Shown here one piece after another: positions 28,611 through 38,601 of a DNA stretch of 57,938 nt (the stretch's first letter is position 1; every line of letters starts with the position of its first letter). The position numbers and the translations under genes are program-made. The notes beneath the pieces were generated by a model. The model made no database searches. It was not told where the DNA came from and saw only the letters and a program-made list of their open reading frames with translations. Source of the stretch: Acidimicrobiia bacterium (GTDB taxonomy: Bacteria; Actinomycetota; Acidimicrobiia; Acidimicrobiales; SZUA-35); the NCBI GenBank assembly GCA_003231975.1, contig QIKW01000043.1, forward strand, positions 1 to 57,938, in the 5' to 3' direction.

Positions 28611-30635
28611 CTACGAGAACTGAGCTCGCAGAATTTCATTAATCACAGCAGGCAAAGCTCCGGTCTGTTGAATCTCTGCCCAATTGCTCAACTCTTGCTG
28701 GGTAGGAGTGCGGCCGGTCAGATCGAAGGCAACCACGTCGAAAGCAGCTCTCTGATCGGCGCTGGCCCTGTGCTCGGCAGACTCGGTGATGGCAAGCGCA
28801 AAGACCCCAACGTCGAGGCCCGCCTCCAGCTGCGATCTCCAGAACTCAAGCCCGCCAGCGTCTGGTGCTCGGCCAAGGACGCTGAGGTAGACCTTGTCGA
28901 TAAGAGCGGCGTGACTTGGCTCACTGCCTGCTCCAAACTCCACCGACCGGACAAACGACCGAGCGATGCGCTCTGAAGTTATCCCGGCATCAATCAGGCC
29001 GGTCCAGAAGGCAAGGCCGCCGGGGTCGGGACCTCGGCCGAGCAGGCCGAGGTACAGACGGGCCACCATCATCTGCTGTTGCGGCCTCTGCGACATGAAT
29101 AGCTCGGCCAGGGACGGGCCAGCCCCGATCACACTGGCCCTGCCGACAATCACCTGCCCCTCAGCCTCGGTCAGATTCCGGCCAAGAACCTGCGGGCCGA
29201 CCACGGCCAGGAAGTCAGCCCCGGTTACAAACGGAGCAACAGCCATGGGAGTTACGGGGCCAACCGTTCGCCACATAGTGGTTCCACCGTCGTTGCCACC
29301 GCGAACGCGAATCTCATACGAGACCCCGTTTGTGAGGTCGGCAATCTGCAACGGCCCAACCGGTGCCATTATTCGGCGGACCACACCAACCGAATCGACC
29401 ACTTCAACATCGATGGCCACCGGAGGAACCCCCTCAATGAGAGCAGCCACCACCGGTGTGATCACTATTTCGCCGTTGCGGGCGATCACCTCGATCGACT
29501 GAAACTCAGCTGGGGCCTGGTGCAGCGAATAACCGATCTTCTGCAGAACCGCTAGAGCTGCCGCATCGATCTGGCGCTGAGTTTCTCCCCTGTCGAGAAA
29601 CGGCGTCATCAGGCTGAGCGAGTCTGCGTAGCGGGCTTCGTCGAGGTGAGCAAATGAGCTGCCGCGATTCCAAAGGGCTGGGGCGTACAGCTCGGCGTCG
29701 ACCCCGCCTGGCAGATCGAACCAGAGCGCCCCGCCGGTTAGGGGCCCGATGTTGCCCACCTCAAGCGGCATCAGCCTTTGGCACCTCTTCGGCGACTCGA
29801 TCCCGCACAGCCCGACGGACCGGTCAAAGATGTAGGGAGCACCCCCGTCTGCGGGCCATGCCAGGCCAGAGTTGTTGATCTCGGGCGAGCCGATGAAACC
29901 CAGACCGTGCCCCAGTTCGTGCACGATCACCGACTGAAGATCAATTTGGTTCGCCTCGGGCGGGCCCTCCTGAATATTCCAGAGACTGCCGTCACCACCT
30001 GCTCCTGAGTTCAGCAGCAGAAGGATCTCCGGATCCTTTGCGAGATCGCATTGGTCTCGCTTCGCCAAATCTTCGTTGAGTAACTGGTTGGCCAAAGCAA
30101 CCGGATACCGAGCATCTGGATCGGGAAGGCGGTCGTCCTGGACCATGGTCCCTGGGCCCGCGGCGCCAAGAGATCTAACCGATCCAAACTGAAGCCAGTA
30201 GAAGTCAACCTCAATAGTTGGCCCCGTAAGTTGGAGCTGGTCTGACCAGTCTTTGGCTGCCGCGGTGGCAACCACTTGAACCTCAGCGGGTGTGTCGGAC
30301 CCAAAACACAGTCGGATACCGCCGGAGGCTGCCGTCTCGGCGACGGGGCCTGCGACGCTGCTTGCGGTGGCGGCGAGGTTGGCAGCCTGGCTTGGCGAAG
30401 TAGCGGGCGCGGTGAGAGCCCCGGTGTTTCCCGGTGCGTCGTCCCTCAAAGACTCCACCACCAGAACTCCTGGTGTGATCTTGGGCTCGGCGAAGTTGGC
30501 GCCCGCTGGATTGAGGCCCGCTGGGCTGACCTGCACTGCGGCACCGGCAATCAATGTTGCGCACAAGGCAACGTTGAAGGCGCGACGGCGACGGGCCGGG
30601 CGGCGCCTGGCACCTCTGGTAGAACCCCTCCGCAC
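28611..30635 (-). CDS. secreted zincin-like metalloprotease-motif protein with Ig/FN3-like segment and DUF4214 repeats
   Basis: Arg-rich signal N-terminus, HELGHGLGF motif, and two or three DUF4214-type repeats (LLGRGPDPGGLAFWTGLIDAG, VLGRAPDAGGLEFWRSQLEAG). Confidence 0.7.
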   Translation of the reverse strand: MRRGSTRGARRRPARRRRAFNVALCATLIAGAAVQVSPAGLNPAGANFAEPKITPGVLVVESLRDDAPGNTGALTAPATSPSQAANLAATASSVAGPVAETAASGGIRLCFGSDTPAEVQVVATAAAKDWSDQLQLTGPTIEVDFYWLQFGSVRSLGAAGPGTMVQDDRLPDPDARYPVALANQLLNEDLAKRDQCDLAKDPEILLLLNSGAGGDGSLWNIQEGPPEANQIDLQSVIVHELGHGLGFIGSPEINNSGLAWPADGGAPYIFDRSVGLCGIESPKRCQRLMPLEVGNIGPLTGGALWFDLPGGVDAELYAPALWNRGSSFAHLDEARYADSLSLMTPFLDRGETQRQIDAAALAVLQKIGYSLHQAPAEFQSIEVIARNGEIVITPVVAALIEGVPPVAIDVEVVDSVGVVRRIMAPVGPLQIADLTNGVSYEIRVRGGNDGGTTMWRTVGPVTPMAVAPFVTGADFLAVVGPQVLGRNLTEAEGQVIVGRASVIGAGPSLAELFMSQRPQQQMMVARLYLGLLGRGPDPGGLAFWTGLIDAGITSERIARSFVRSVEFGAGSEPSHAALIDKVYLSVLGRAPDAGGLEFWRSQLEAGLDVGVFALAITESAEHRASADQRAAFDVVAFDLTGRTPTQQELSNWAEIQQTGALPAVINEILRAQFS

Positions 30636-30715
30636 AAATCACTCCTTGTTCGTCCAGGCAACGTTAGCGCCAACAACGGCAGTCCAGCGGTGCCAGGCCA
30701 GCTATGGTTCCGGCA

Positions 30716-31672
30716 ATGGTTCGATTCGACAAAGCGGCAGAGCAACGCGGGCGACAATATGTGGACGACCGGCGTGGTCAACGGGGGCAATCGGGCCGCG
30801 CTCCAAGGCGACGATCCGCATCGGGCGGAATGGGCGGCCTACCAATAGGAAAGGGCGGTATCGGTGGCATCATCATTGCCATCCTGGTGGCAGTATTGGG
30901 CGGCGGCAGCATCTTGGGAAGTGGCGGTGCCACCTCCTCTGGAGCACTTGATGTTGCCCCACCGCTAGCTTCTGGTCGGGCCACCGACCCCAACGACGCC
31001 GATGTGATCTTCATCGGAGCCCTGATGGCAGATATTCAAGACACGTGGGACGCCAAGTTCAGCGCAGCGGGGCGCCAGTACGAATACACCGTGATCGTGC
31101 CCTTCACCGGGTCTGTCAGCACTGGCTGTGGCAACGCAACATCAGCAGTTGGCCCCTTCTACTGCCCGGCCCCCGGAGACAACAAGGTCTATCTGGATCT
31201 TGGTTTCTGGGATGAGCTGTCCACCAAGTTCGGTGCGCCAGGAGACTTCGCACAGGCCTACGTGGTTGCCCATGAGATCGGGCACCACATCCAAGCCATC
31301 ACCGGAATCAGCGCCAGCGTTCGCCAGGTTCAGGCCCAGAACCCCGGCCTCAAGAACGAGCTGTCTGTGCGGCTTGAGCTTCAGGCCGACTGCCTTGCAG
31401 GGGTATGGGCCAACGACGCGTCCAACCGCACCAACAGCGACGGCACCAAGATCATCGAGATCGGCGACATCGAAGAGGGTTTGGCCGCGGCCGCTGGTGT
31501 TGGCGATGATCGCATCCAACGCCAGGCGGGGGTGCAGGTGAACACCGAGGGTTGGACCCACGGCTCGTCTGCATCGCGCCAGGCCTGGTTCCTGGAGGGT
31601 TTCAACACGGGTGATCCCGAGAGGTGCGACACCTTCGCCCAAGGCGTCAGCCGGAGTGATCTCGGCTTGTAG
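30716..31672 (+). CDS. YpfJ-like putative neutral zinc metallopeptidase
   Basis: N-terminus RGRQYVDDRRG, a Gly-rich segment and one TM, VVAHEIGHHIQ (HExxH), and LELQADCLAGVWA. Confidence 0.85.
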   Translation: MVRFDKAAEQRGRQYVDDRRGQRGQSGRAPRRRSASGGMGGLPIGKGGIGGIIIAILVAVLGGGSILGSGGATSSGALDVAPPLASGRATDPNDADVIFIGALMADIQDTWDAKFSAAGRQYEYTVIVPFTGSVSTGCGNATSAVGPFYCPAPGDNKVYLDLGFWDELSTKFGAPGDFAQAYVVAHEIGHHIQAITGISASVRQVQAQNPGLKNELSVRLELQADCLAGVWANDASNRTNSDGTKIIEIGDIEEGLAAAAGVGDDRIQRQAGVQVNTEGWTHGSSASRQAWFLEGFNTGDPERCDTFAQGVSRSDLGL

Positions 31673-31730
31673 AGGCGAGGTCACTCAATATTGTGGCCCC
31701 GAAACAACCGGGTTGCCGTAGTCTCCGCTG

Positions 31731-32933
31731 GTGAGATCTTTGGTCGCTCCCCCAACAGCTGGCAGGTTGTCCCAGCCGGTATTTCTATTCGGTGGCCTGT
31801 CTGCCATGTTGGCCACCGGCTATGGGGTGATTTTCACCGTTCTTGACGACTATAGGGATCTTTACGGAATTGGCGAAACGGCCCTCGGTGGCATCGTGGG
31901 AATTGGGTTCTTCTCGGCATTTGTGGCCCAAATCCTAATTGGTCCCCTGGCCGACAGGGGCTTTGCTCGCCGTCTGATGCTGATTGGCGTGGCCCTCAAC
32001 GTGTTGGGGCTGGTTGCCATGGCCTTTGGAACAACCCTGCTCACCCTATTGATTGGCCGCTTCGTGATGGGCCTCGGCATCGGCACCGCGCTGCCCGCGA
32101 TCCGACGAATCGTAATCCTGGGAGACCCTGAAAATGTGGGCCTCAGCCTTGGTCGGCTCCTTTCCGCAGACGTTGCCGGGTTCGCCACCGGACCAGCCAT
32201 TTCCGCCTTTTTGGTTCCCGCGTTTGGACTGGCCAGCCCCTTTCTGGTGGTAGCGGGGCTCACCCTTGCCTGGACCGCCTTCATTGGAAAGGTCGACGTT
32301 GAGGAATCCCAAGATGCCACCACCCAGGCAACCCTGGCTCTTGATCTGCTGCGCAACCCCGCATTCGCCGGAGCCGTGATGCTTGGCACCGCTCTGTTCG
32401 TAATGATCGGAGCCTTCGATGCCCTTTGGGCGGTAGTCCTCAGCGACCTCAACACCAGAGACTGGATAGCTAATGTGGGAATCACGTTCTTTGCCATGCC
32501 GCTCATCTTCCTTGGCCCAACTGGGGGCCGCTTGGCTGAACGGATCGGCCCGTTCAAAGTTGCAGTAGTTGGTCTCTTGCTCGGGGCAGCTTTCATGGCC
32601 TCGTATGGTCTCGTCCCCGGCAGCGCGGCGATGCTTGCGGTTGCTGTGATTCATGCGCTCAGTGACGGGCTAACCGTTGCCAGCTCGGGGGTTGCAGTTG
32701 CTATGACCACACCCGAGGACCGCCAGGCGGGCGGCCAAGGGGTACTTGGTGGCGCCCAAACGCTGGCAGCTGGAGTTACCGCTGTACTAGTTGGGGCGAT
32801 TTATGAGACTTCTGGCAGAGCCTGGGCCTACGGGGCAGCCGCAATCCTCATGGTCATCCTGGTTGCCGGCGGAGCCTGGCTGGCGAGATCTGCATGGCAG
32901 CTAACCGCTAAGAACAGACCGCAATTCGACTAA
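31731..32933 (+). CDS. MFS transporter
   Basis: About 12 TM helices with the loop motif GPLADRGFARR between TM2 and TM3. GTG start. Confidence 0.85.
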   Translation: MRSLVAPPTAGRLSQPVFLFGGLSAMLATGYGVIFTVLDDYRDLYGIGETALGGIVGIGFFSAFVAQILIGPLADRGFARRLMLIGVALNVLGLVAMAFGTTLLTLLIGRFVMGLGIGTALPAIRRIVILGDPENVGLSLGRLLSADVAGFATGPAISAFLVPAFGLASPFLVVAGLTLAWTAFIGKVDVEESQDATTQATLALDLLRNPAFAGAVMLGTALFVMIGAFDALWAVVLSDLNTRDWIANVGITFFAMPLIFLGPTGGRLAERIGPFKVAVVGLLLGAAFMASYGLVPGSAAMLAVAVIHALSDGLTVASSGVAVAMTTPEDRQAGGQGVLGGAQTLAAGVTAVLVGAIYETSGRAWAYGAAAILMVILVAGGAWLARSAWQLTAKNRPQFD

Positions 32934-33550
32934 ACCACTCGCACTACGCGGGCTGGGCTGCCAACCGCAACCGCACCGGCAGGAAGATCCTTGGTGACGA
33001 CGCTCCCCGCTCCAACCGCAACGTGAGGGCCAATTGTTACCCCGGGGAGCACCACAACGTTCGCCCCAAGCCACGAGCCCGCGCCAATACGCACCGGCCT
33101 TTCCGAGGCCTGCTGCCTCCCAATGGGGATGGTTGGGTCTTCGAAGCCGTGGTTTTGGTCTGTGATGTACACGTTCGGCCCGAAGAAGACGTCGTCCTCG
33201 ATCACAATCTCGAAGTGGCCAACGATGCTGGAGCTGCGACCAATAAGACAGCGATCACCAATTTCAACTATCTGATCGCTGATCAATTCCTGACCGGGCG
33301 CCATCCCCGCACTGAGAGAAACGTATGGCCCGATCAGCGTGTCTTCGCCGATCTGAATGGCCTGTTCGCCAAATAGCGCCATAGGGGGAAAGCAGATCAC
33401 CGTCCCTCGCCCGAACCGATTGAACCGGTTGGCCCTGCGAGAGGTTGGCATGATGGCAGCCCTGCGCGTCAGCCATTCATGGCCGGCCAGCAACAGGTCG
33501 GCTCGCCACAACCTCGGATTGCCTAGTGTCTTTGGGCGGGAGCCAACCAT
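32930..33550 (-). CDS. hexapeptide-repeat (left-handed beta-helix) acyltransferase
   Basis: Repeated [LIV]G-x4 hexapeptides (IGEDTLIGPYVSL, IGDRCLIGRSSSI, IGAGSWLGANVVVLPGVTIGPHVAVGAGSVV). Confidence 0.8.
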   Translation of the reverse strand: MVGSRPKTLGNPRLWRADLLLAGHEWLTRRAAIMPTSRRANRFNRFGRGTVICFPPMALFGEQAIQIGEDTLIGPYVSLSAGMAPGQELISDQIVEIGDRCLIGRSSSIVGHFEIVIEDDVFFGPNVYITDQNHGFEDPTIPIGRQQASERPVRIGAGSWLGANVVVLPGVTIGPHVAVGAGSVVTKDLPAGAVAVGSPARVVRVV

Positions 33551-33556
33551 TCCGAC

Positions 33557-34453
33557 TCAATCCGCGGCGGCCAAGGCCACAGCAATCTGACCGGCAATTC
33601 CTGCGTTGTTCTCGGCCAACGCCAGATTGGTTGGAATACTTGCCCCTTCGGTTGCATCAACCAGGGCGGCCAGAACCGCAGGCGTTACGGCCGCTCCCTG
33701 AACTCCCGTGGCAGCAGCGCCAGCCAACGCTTCTGCCACGGCCTGCTCAATTCGGTCAAACTCGATGGCATCGGCTTCAGGAACCGGGGCAGCAACCAGA
33801 ACTCCCGCCCCGCCAAGCCGCCAATGAGCACGGGCAATGGCGGCAACCTCAGCCACACTTTCAACCGAGTGGGGCACCGGCAGGCCGCTGGACCGGGCAT
33901 GAAAGGCCGGAAACTCATCGGTTCTCCAGCCGAGCACAACAACACTGTCGGTTTCTAGCCGTTCCAGGGTTGCCGCCAAGTCCAAAAAGACCTTGGCTCC
34001 GGCACTAACCGTCACCACGGCGTGCACGGCCAAGGCCCGCAGATCTGCGCTCACATCTCCAGACTGAGCCCAGCCCCGATGCACGCCACCAAGGCCACCG
34101 GTAGCAAAAACTTCAATGCCGGCAGCCGCCGCCAAAGCCAGCGAAGCCGAAACCGTTGTTGCGCCATAATCCCAGCCCTGCCCAACCGCGACCGCTAGGT
34201 CTCGGGCGGCAACTTTGCGGGCTGGCCCGCAGATGCGCTGGTGCTCTTCGGGCCTGACCCCAACCCTGGTTTCACCATCAAGCACTGCCGTTACCATCGG
34301 TTCGGCTCCGGCCGCAGCGACAGCTTTCAGGCAGCGATTCAGGGCTTCCAGGTTGTGGGGAGAGGGCAGCCCCAGGTTGGAAAATATCGTGGACTCCAGC
34401 GCCACGCGGGGCTTTGACAACGTCACCTGCCGGAGGCTAGCCCTTGCAGTCAC
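33557..34453 (-). CDS. psuG: pseudouridine-5'-phosphate glycosidase
   Basis: VALESTIFSNLGLPSPHN...VTAVLDG and TVSASLALAAAAGIEVFATGGLGGVHRG match PsuG/IndA. Confidence 0.9.
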   Translation of the reverse strand: MTARASLRQVTLSKPRVALESTIFSNLGLPSPHNLEALNRCLKAVAAAGAEPMVTAVLDGETRVGVRPEEHQRICGPARKVAARDLAVAVGQGWDYGATTVSASLALAAAAGIEVFATGGLGGVHRGWAQSGDVSADLRALAVHAVVTVSAGAKVFLDLAATLERLETDSVVVLGWRTDEFPAFHARSSGLPVPHSVESVAEVAAIARAHWRLGGAGVLVAAPVPEADAIEFDRIEQAVAEALAGAAATGVQGAAVTPAVLAALVDATEGASIPTNLALAENNAGIAGQIAVALAAAD

Positions 34454-34484
34454 GTTGTCTCACGTTCCCGATACCGTTCACCGA

Positions 34485-36272
34485 ATGCGGCTGCGTCGAT
34501 TCTCCCCTTCGCGAGCTGTCCCTGTGGTCCTGGCACTAGCCCTCCTGGCTGCTGCCTGTACCAACGGAGACGAAAGCTCTTCTTCAACCACAGATCAGGC
34601 GCCCGACTCCTCGGCGCCAACCACTGCCACCACCGCACCATCAACCACTGTGTCCTCCACCGAGACGACCGACACTTCAGAACCGGTAGCCACTGGCCTC
34701 GAGTGGACTGACTGCGAGCCGCTGGAGTGCGCAACCTTGACCGTCCCTCTTGATCACTCAGATCCCGACGGCAACCAAATCGAGATCGCCGTTGCCAGGT
34801 TGGCCGCTCCGAGTCAGGCCGACCGCATCGGCTCACTGGTGCTGAATCCGGGGGGGCCAGGAGGCTCTGGAATCGAGTTCTTGGAATCCGCCGCGTTCAC
34901 CATCCCCCAGGAGGTCCAGAATCGGTTCGACCTCGTCGGGTTCGACCCCCGCGGTGTTGGGTCGAGCACCGCGGTTGACTGCGATGCCGACTATGACAAC
35001 TCGATAAACCTGTTGACAGAAGGAGACGACGCGGCCTGGGAGAATCTCCAAGCTCAAGAGCAGGAGTTGTTGGCAAGCTGCCCCGTCGATGCCATCGAAT
35101 TGGCCCGCTTTGTTGGAACGAACAATGCCGCACGGGACCTTGACCTGTTGCGAGAGGCACTGGGTGATCAGAAGCTCACCTATGTGGGCTACAGCTATGG
35201 AACGCGGCTAGGAGCCACCTACGCCGAACTTTTCCCGAACAACGTTCGGGCCCTTGTGCTTGACGGTGGGGTTCTACCATCAGATGACTTTGCGGCAGTT
35301 GACCTGGAGCAGGCAGGCGGGTTCGACGTTGCATTCAACAATTTCGCCGCGGCGTGTGATGCTGATTCAGATTGTGTGCTGCAAGAACTGGGGCCAACCA
35401 TCGAAGTGTTTCGTGCGGTTGGGGCCGAGATTCAAGAATTTGGAGAGTTCGAAACCGACGACCCCGATCGAGTCTTAACCGCAGGCGAGTTCTACCTGGG
35501 CGTGTTGGCTGCGCTCTACAGCAAGGATGCTTGGCCGTTCCTGGCAGACGGCCTCTTCGCCGCCGAGACCCTGCAGGACGGAACATTGCTTCAGGTCCTT
35601 GGAGACAACCTCGTTGGCCGGCAAACCGATGGCAGCTACAACAACAGCAACGAGGCAAACAGCGCCATCAACTGTGCCGACAACCCCAATCGTCCAACCC
35701 CAACCGAGGCGCGGGCCGAAGCCGAGGCCGCGGCGGCGAGAACCGTCTATTTCGACCAGCTGTTCAGAGGCATCAGCGGCTGCCTTCTGTTTCCCGAGGC
35801 GCTAGATCCGTTGATTATTGGCCCGGCAAGCGGGGCCCCACCAATCCTGGTGATAGGCAACACCGGAGACCCGGCCACCCCTTTTGCGTGGAGCGTCGCC
35901 CTTGCCGACTCCCTCGATAGCGGTGTGCTGTATGAGGTTGAGGCCGAGGGGCACACCGCCTACGGCTCGATCGAGTGCGTAACGCCAACGGTCAATGCGT
36001 ACCTGATAGACCTCGAAGCACCGGCAGACGGCTCCACCTGTTCAGACAATGCAAGCGCAGACTTCTTCCCGCCCGCAGGAGAGAGCGAGATCGATCTTGT
36101 GGTGGCCTTCTTCGCCTGCCTGCGCGAACAAGGGCTCGAGATGGACGAGGTCACGGCGGCAGACATCCTGGCCGATCCCACTGGTGAAGAACTGTTCGCT
36201 GGTATCGATCTTGAGGATCCGGTAACGGTCAGCGCGTTCCTGGCCTGCCAGTCCTTTCTTCCTGGCGGATGA
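34485..36272 (+). CDS. secreted lipoprotein alpha/beta hydrolase (tripeptidyl aminopeptidase-like)
   Basis: Lipobox LLAAAC, LVLNPGGPGGSG, nucleophile elbow GYSYGT, and a TAP-like C-terminus (LVIGNTGDPATP). Confidence 0.85.
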   Translation: MRLRRFSPSRAVPVVLALALLAAACTNGDESSSSTTDQAPDSSAPTTATTAPSTTVSSTETTDTSEPVATGLEWTDCEPLECATLTVPLDHSDPDGNQIEIAVARLAAPSQADRIGSLVLNPGGPGGSGIEFLESAAFTIPQEVQNRFDLVGFDPRGVGSSTAVDCDADYDNSINLLTEGDDAAWENLQAQEQELLASCPVDAIELARFVGTNNAARDLDLLREALGDQKLTYVGYSYGTRLGATYAELFPNNVRALVLDGGVLPSDDFAAVDLEQAGGFDVAFNNFAAACDADSDCVLQELGPTIEVFRAVGAEIQEFGEFETDDPDRVLTAGEFYLGVLAALYSKDAWPFLADGLFAAETLQDGTLLQVLGDNLVGRQTDGSYNNSNEANSAINCADNPNRPTPTEARAEAEAAAARTVYFDQLFRGISGCLLFPEALDPLIIGPASGAPPILVIGNTGDPATPFAWSVALADSLDSGVLYEVEAEGHTAYGSIECVTPTVNAYLIDLEAPADGSTCSDNASADFFPPAGESEIDLVVAFFACLREQGLEMDEVTAADILADPTGEELFAGIDLEDPVTVSAFLACQSFLPGG

Positions 36273-36290
36273 CCCTGCTGCGTTAGAGGC

Positions 36291-37112
36291 TCAGCTGCTT
36301 GGCGCGCTGATGGCTTGAGCGAAGAACTGCTTCAGCGTGGTTTGAAGCGCAGCCTCGAACTTGTTGTACTGGGCGCGGAGATCGTCACTGAGCCAGTGGT
36401 TGGGCTGAAGTTCCGGGGGAAGCTGGGGTTCGGTGCGGAGGAAGCGCACTACCTCGGCCGACAGCAAGAAGGCGCCGGGCACGGCCTTGACGATGTTCTT
36501 CGCCACCAACGGTTGGCGCGCCTCCACCTGATCCAGGAGTGTGCCCGCCCGTTTGGAGATGGCCTCCAACGGCCATAGACGATGCACCAGATCCAAGGGC
36601 TGAGGCCCGGCGATTGGGCCAACCAATACAATGGCATCAGCCCCAAGCTGGGGTTGTGAGGTGTTGTTTGGCCGCAGCCAGATGTCTGGCCGTAGCTCGC
36701 CAAAACGATCGGCAAGCATCGAGGCCCGAAACGCTCGTCTGTCAGACATCGAACGCTGATCCGAAGCAGCGATCACCGTGATCCAGTTCCCGTCCCAGAG
36801 GTCGCTTAGAACCGGCCGGGCCTGGTCCTGATGCTTCTTGCGCTCAAGCAGGCGGCCACCAAGGGAATACCAACCGTCGGCAACCTCAACCTCACCGGCT
36901 GTCGCCATTCGTGACAAGGCGGTGCGGGCGGTGCCTGCGGGCCTTCCGAACAGGCCGACAAAAGCCAGCAGCGCGGGCAGGGGCAAAGCAGGCGGATCGG
37001 TGCCAAGCAGCGCGGAGAGAATCAGCGACCGACACGACATCGGGAACAGCGAACCAGATGGCTGACCGTCGCCCGTTGGGATTGCGTTACGAAGTTGGTT
37101 CGCCTCGATCAT
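36291..37112 (-). CDS. PaaX-family transcriptional regulator
   Basis: SLILSALLG...LLAFVGLFGRPAGTARTALSRMATAGEVE is a PaaX-like wHTH, followed by a PaaX_C-like tail. The start is uncertain (ATG 37112 or 37124). Confidence 0.7.
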   Translation of the reverse strand: MIEANQLRNAIPTGDGQPSGSLFPMSCRSLILSALLGTDPPALPLPALLAFVGLFGRPAGTARTALSRMATAGEVEVADGWYSLGGRLLERKKHQDQARPVLSDLWDGNWITVIAASDQRSMSDRRAFRASMLADRFGELRPDIWLRPNNTSQPQLGADAIVLVGPIAGPQPLDLVHRLWPLEAISKRAGTLLDQVEARQPLVAKNIVKAVPGAFLLSAEVVRFLRTEPQLPPELQPNHWLSDDLRAQYNKFEAALQTTLKQFFAQAISAPSS

Positions 37113-38126
37113 ATGACGTATCATAGCCGCATGGCTGCAACCCTGGTCCCCACGCAGGAGCTTCTGCCAGACGTTCTGCCAACCGACCGCCTCGGCGTGC
37201 GAGGCGTGCCTCGCAGAGACATCCGAGACAAACTCCGCCACATCTCGAACGCGCGGAGCGTGTTCACGGTGTTTGGGGCGCTGTTCTGGTCGTTCGGAAC
37301 GGTGACGGCTGCAGCCATTGTGAACACCTGGTGGGCCTATCTGCTTGGGTTTGTTTTAATGGCCCGCGGCCATGTTTGCCTGAACATCCTGGGCCACGAG
37401 GCCGCCCACCGGCTGCTGTTTACTAAACCCAGACTGAACGACTTCGTTGGCCGCTGGATTCTGGCCTATCCGTCGTTTCAGGCCATGGTCCAGTATCGGC
37501 GCTCCCATTTCGCTCACCACAGGGACGAGATGGGCCCAGAAGAACCAGACATGAACCTGTATCACGGCTACCCCATCCCGCCTGATTCGATGAGACGCAA
37601 ATTGGTGCGAGACCTTTCGGGCCAAAGTGCGTTCAAGAATTTCCAGGGCTTGTTCAGGGCCGTCAGAAAGGGATCGCTGGAGGCCAGGCAGATTGTTGGC
37701 GTTCAGGTCGTGTTCCTCTCCATCACAATCCTTGTTGGCCGCCCCCTGGTGTATCTCGTTTGGCTGGCAGCCTGGTCAACACTGTGGCGGGTTTCCAACC
37801 GATTCCGCTCTGTGGCCGAACACGGCGGGATGATCCGCAGCAAAGACCGCAGGCTGACCACCCACGTGATCCGCCAATCCCGTTTGGCTCGATTCTGGAT
37901 CGTGCCGTACAACACCGGCTGGCATCTGGCCCACCACGTAGACATGGGTGTGCCGTGGCGGAACCTGCCAAAGCTTCACAAGGAGCTTGTTGCCGCAGGC
38001 TGGATTGCCGAAGAGCTTGAGTATCCCAGCTACCGGACTTTCTGGAAGGCAGCCGCCTCCGGCGAATCCAAAAAACCAGACCTCGACGATGCAGGCAGCG
38101 GTGAAGGCAGCATGCTGAGCTTTTGA
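37113..38126 (+). CDS. membrane fatty-acid desaturase family protein (three His boxes)
   Basis: HEAAHR, HFAHHR and HLAHH boxes with hydrophobic helices. The start is uncertain (ATG 37113 or 37131). Confidence 0.85.
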   Translation: MTYHSRMAATLVPTQELLPDVLPTDRLGVRGVPRRDIRDKLRHISNARSVFTVFGALFWSFGTVTAAAIVNTWWAYLLGFVLMARGHVCLNILGHEAAHRLLFTKPRLNDFVGRWILAYPSFQAMVQYRRSHFAHHRDEMGPEEPDMNLYHGYPIPPDSMRRKLVRDLSGQSAFKNFQGLFRAVRKGSLEARQIVGVQVVFLSITILVGRPLVYLVWLAAWSTLWRVSNRFRSVAEHGGMIRSKDRRLTTHVIRQSRLARFWIVPYNTGWHLAHHVDMGVPWRNLPKLHKELVAAGWIAEELEYPSYRTFWKAAASGESKKPDLDDAGSGEGSMLSF

Positions 38127-38135
38127 GTGGCGCCG

Positions 38136-38567
38136 CTAGGCCGATTGGGCTTCAAGCACACCGACGAGGCGATCTACGAAATCACTGGCGCCTGCGTCCA
38201 GTTCGCCCCGCTTGATGGCCATGCCGCCAATCATGTTGCCGCCGCGGCGCTCGACAATGGCACTGAGCTTGTCGAGGGTTTTGCCGCTCTCGATTGCGTA
38301 GGTGCAATAGACGGCAGCCGTTTTTCCGTCGATGGCCGGAAGCTCGATTAGGCGGCGAACCCCGGCGGGCTTCTGACCGAACAGGAACAGCCCGTCGACC
38401 CAGGACCCAACAATCACAAGTTCGGCCTCGGACAGTTGCTGAAGGTCGATCTGTCTGATGGAACAGGCAATCGTTGGAATCCCAGACCGGCTCAGTTCGG
38501 CCGCGATCTTCTCGCCAGCCTTTCTGGTGTTGCCCGTGAGTGACTCATAGATGACGATGCCCTTCAT
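38136..38567 (-). CDS. flavodoxin-like protein
   Basis: MKGIVIYESLTGNTRKAGEKIA is the flavodoxin FMN-phosphate loop. ATG 38567. Confidence 0.8.
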   Translation of the reverse strand: MKGIVIYESLTGNTRKAGEKIAAELSRSGIPTIACSIRQIDLQQLSEAELVIVGSWVDGLFLFGQKPAGVRRLIELPAIDGKTAAVYCTYAIESGKTLDKLSAIVERRGGNMIGGMAIKRGELDAGASDFVDRLVGVLEAQSA

Positions 38568-38601
38568 GGACCGCGATGTTAGCCCGGTTAGGATGCGTCT
38601 C

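Noticed and set aside
31862-32654. Two long minus-strand ORFs of 244 and 202 aa.
   Set aside because: They are antisense to the MFS transporter and have low-complexity Pro/Arg/Ser composition.
34215-34484. Upstream extension of the tripeptidyl-aminopeptidase ORF.
   Set aside because: It overlaps psuG on the other strand. A lipoprotein signal (MRLRRF...LLAAAC) begins at 34485.
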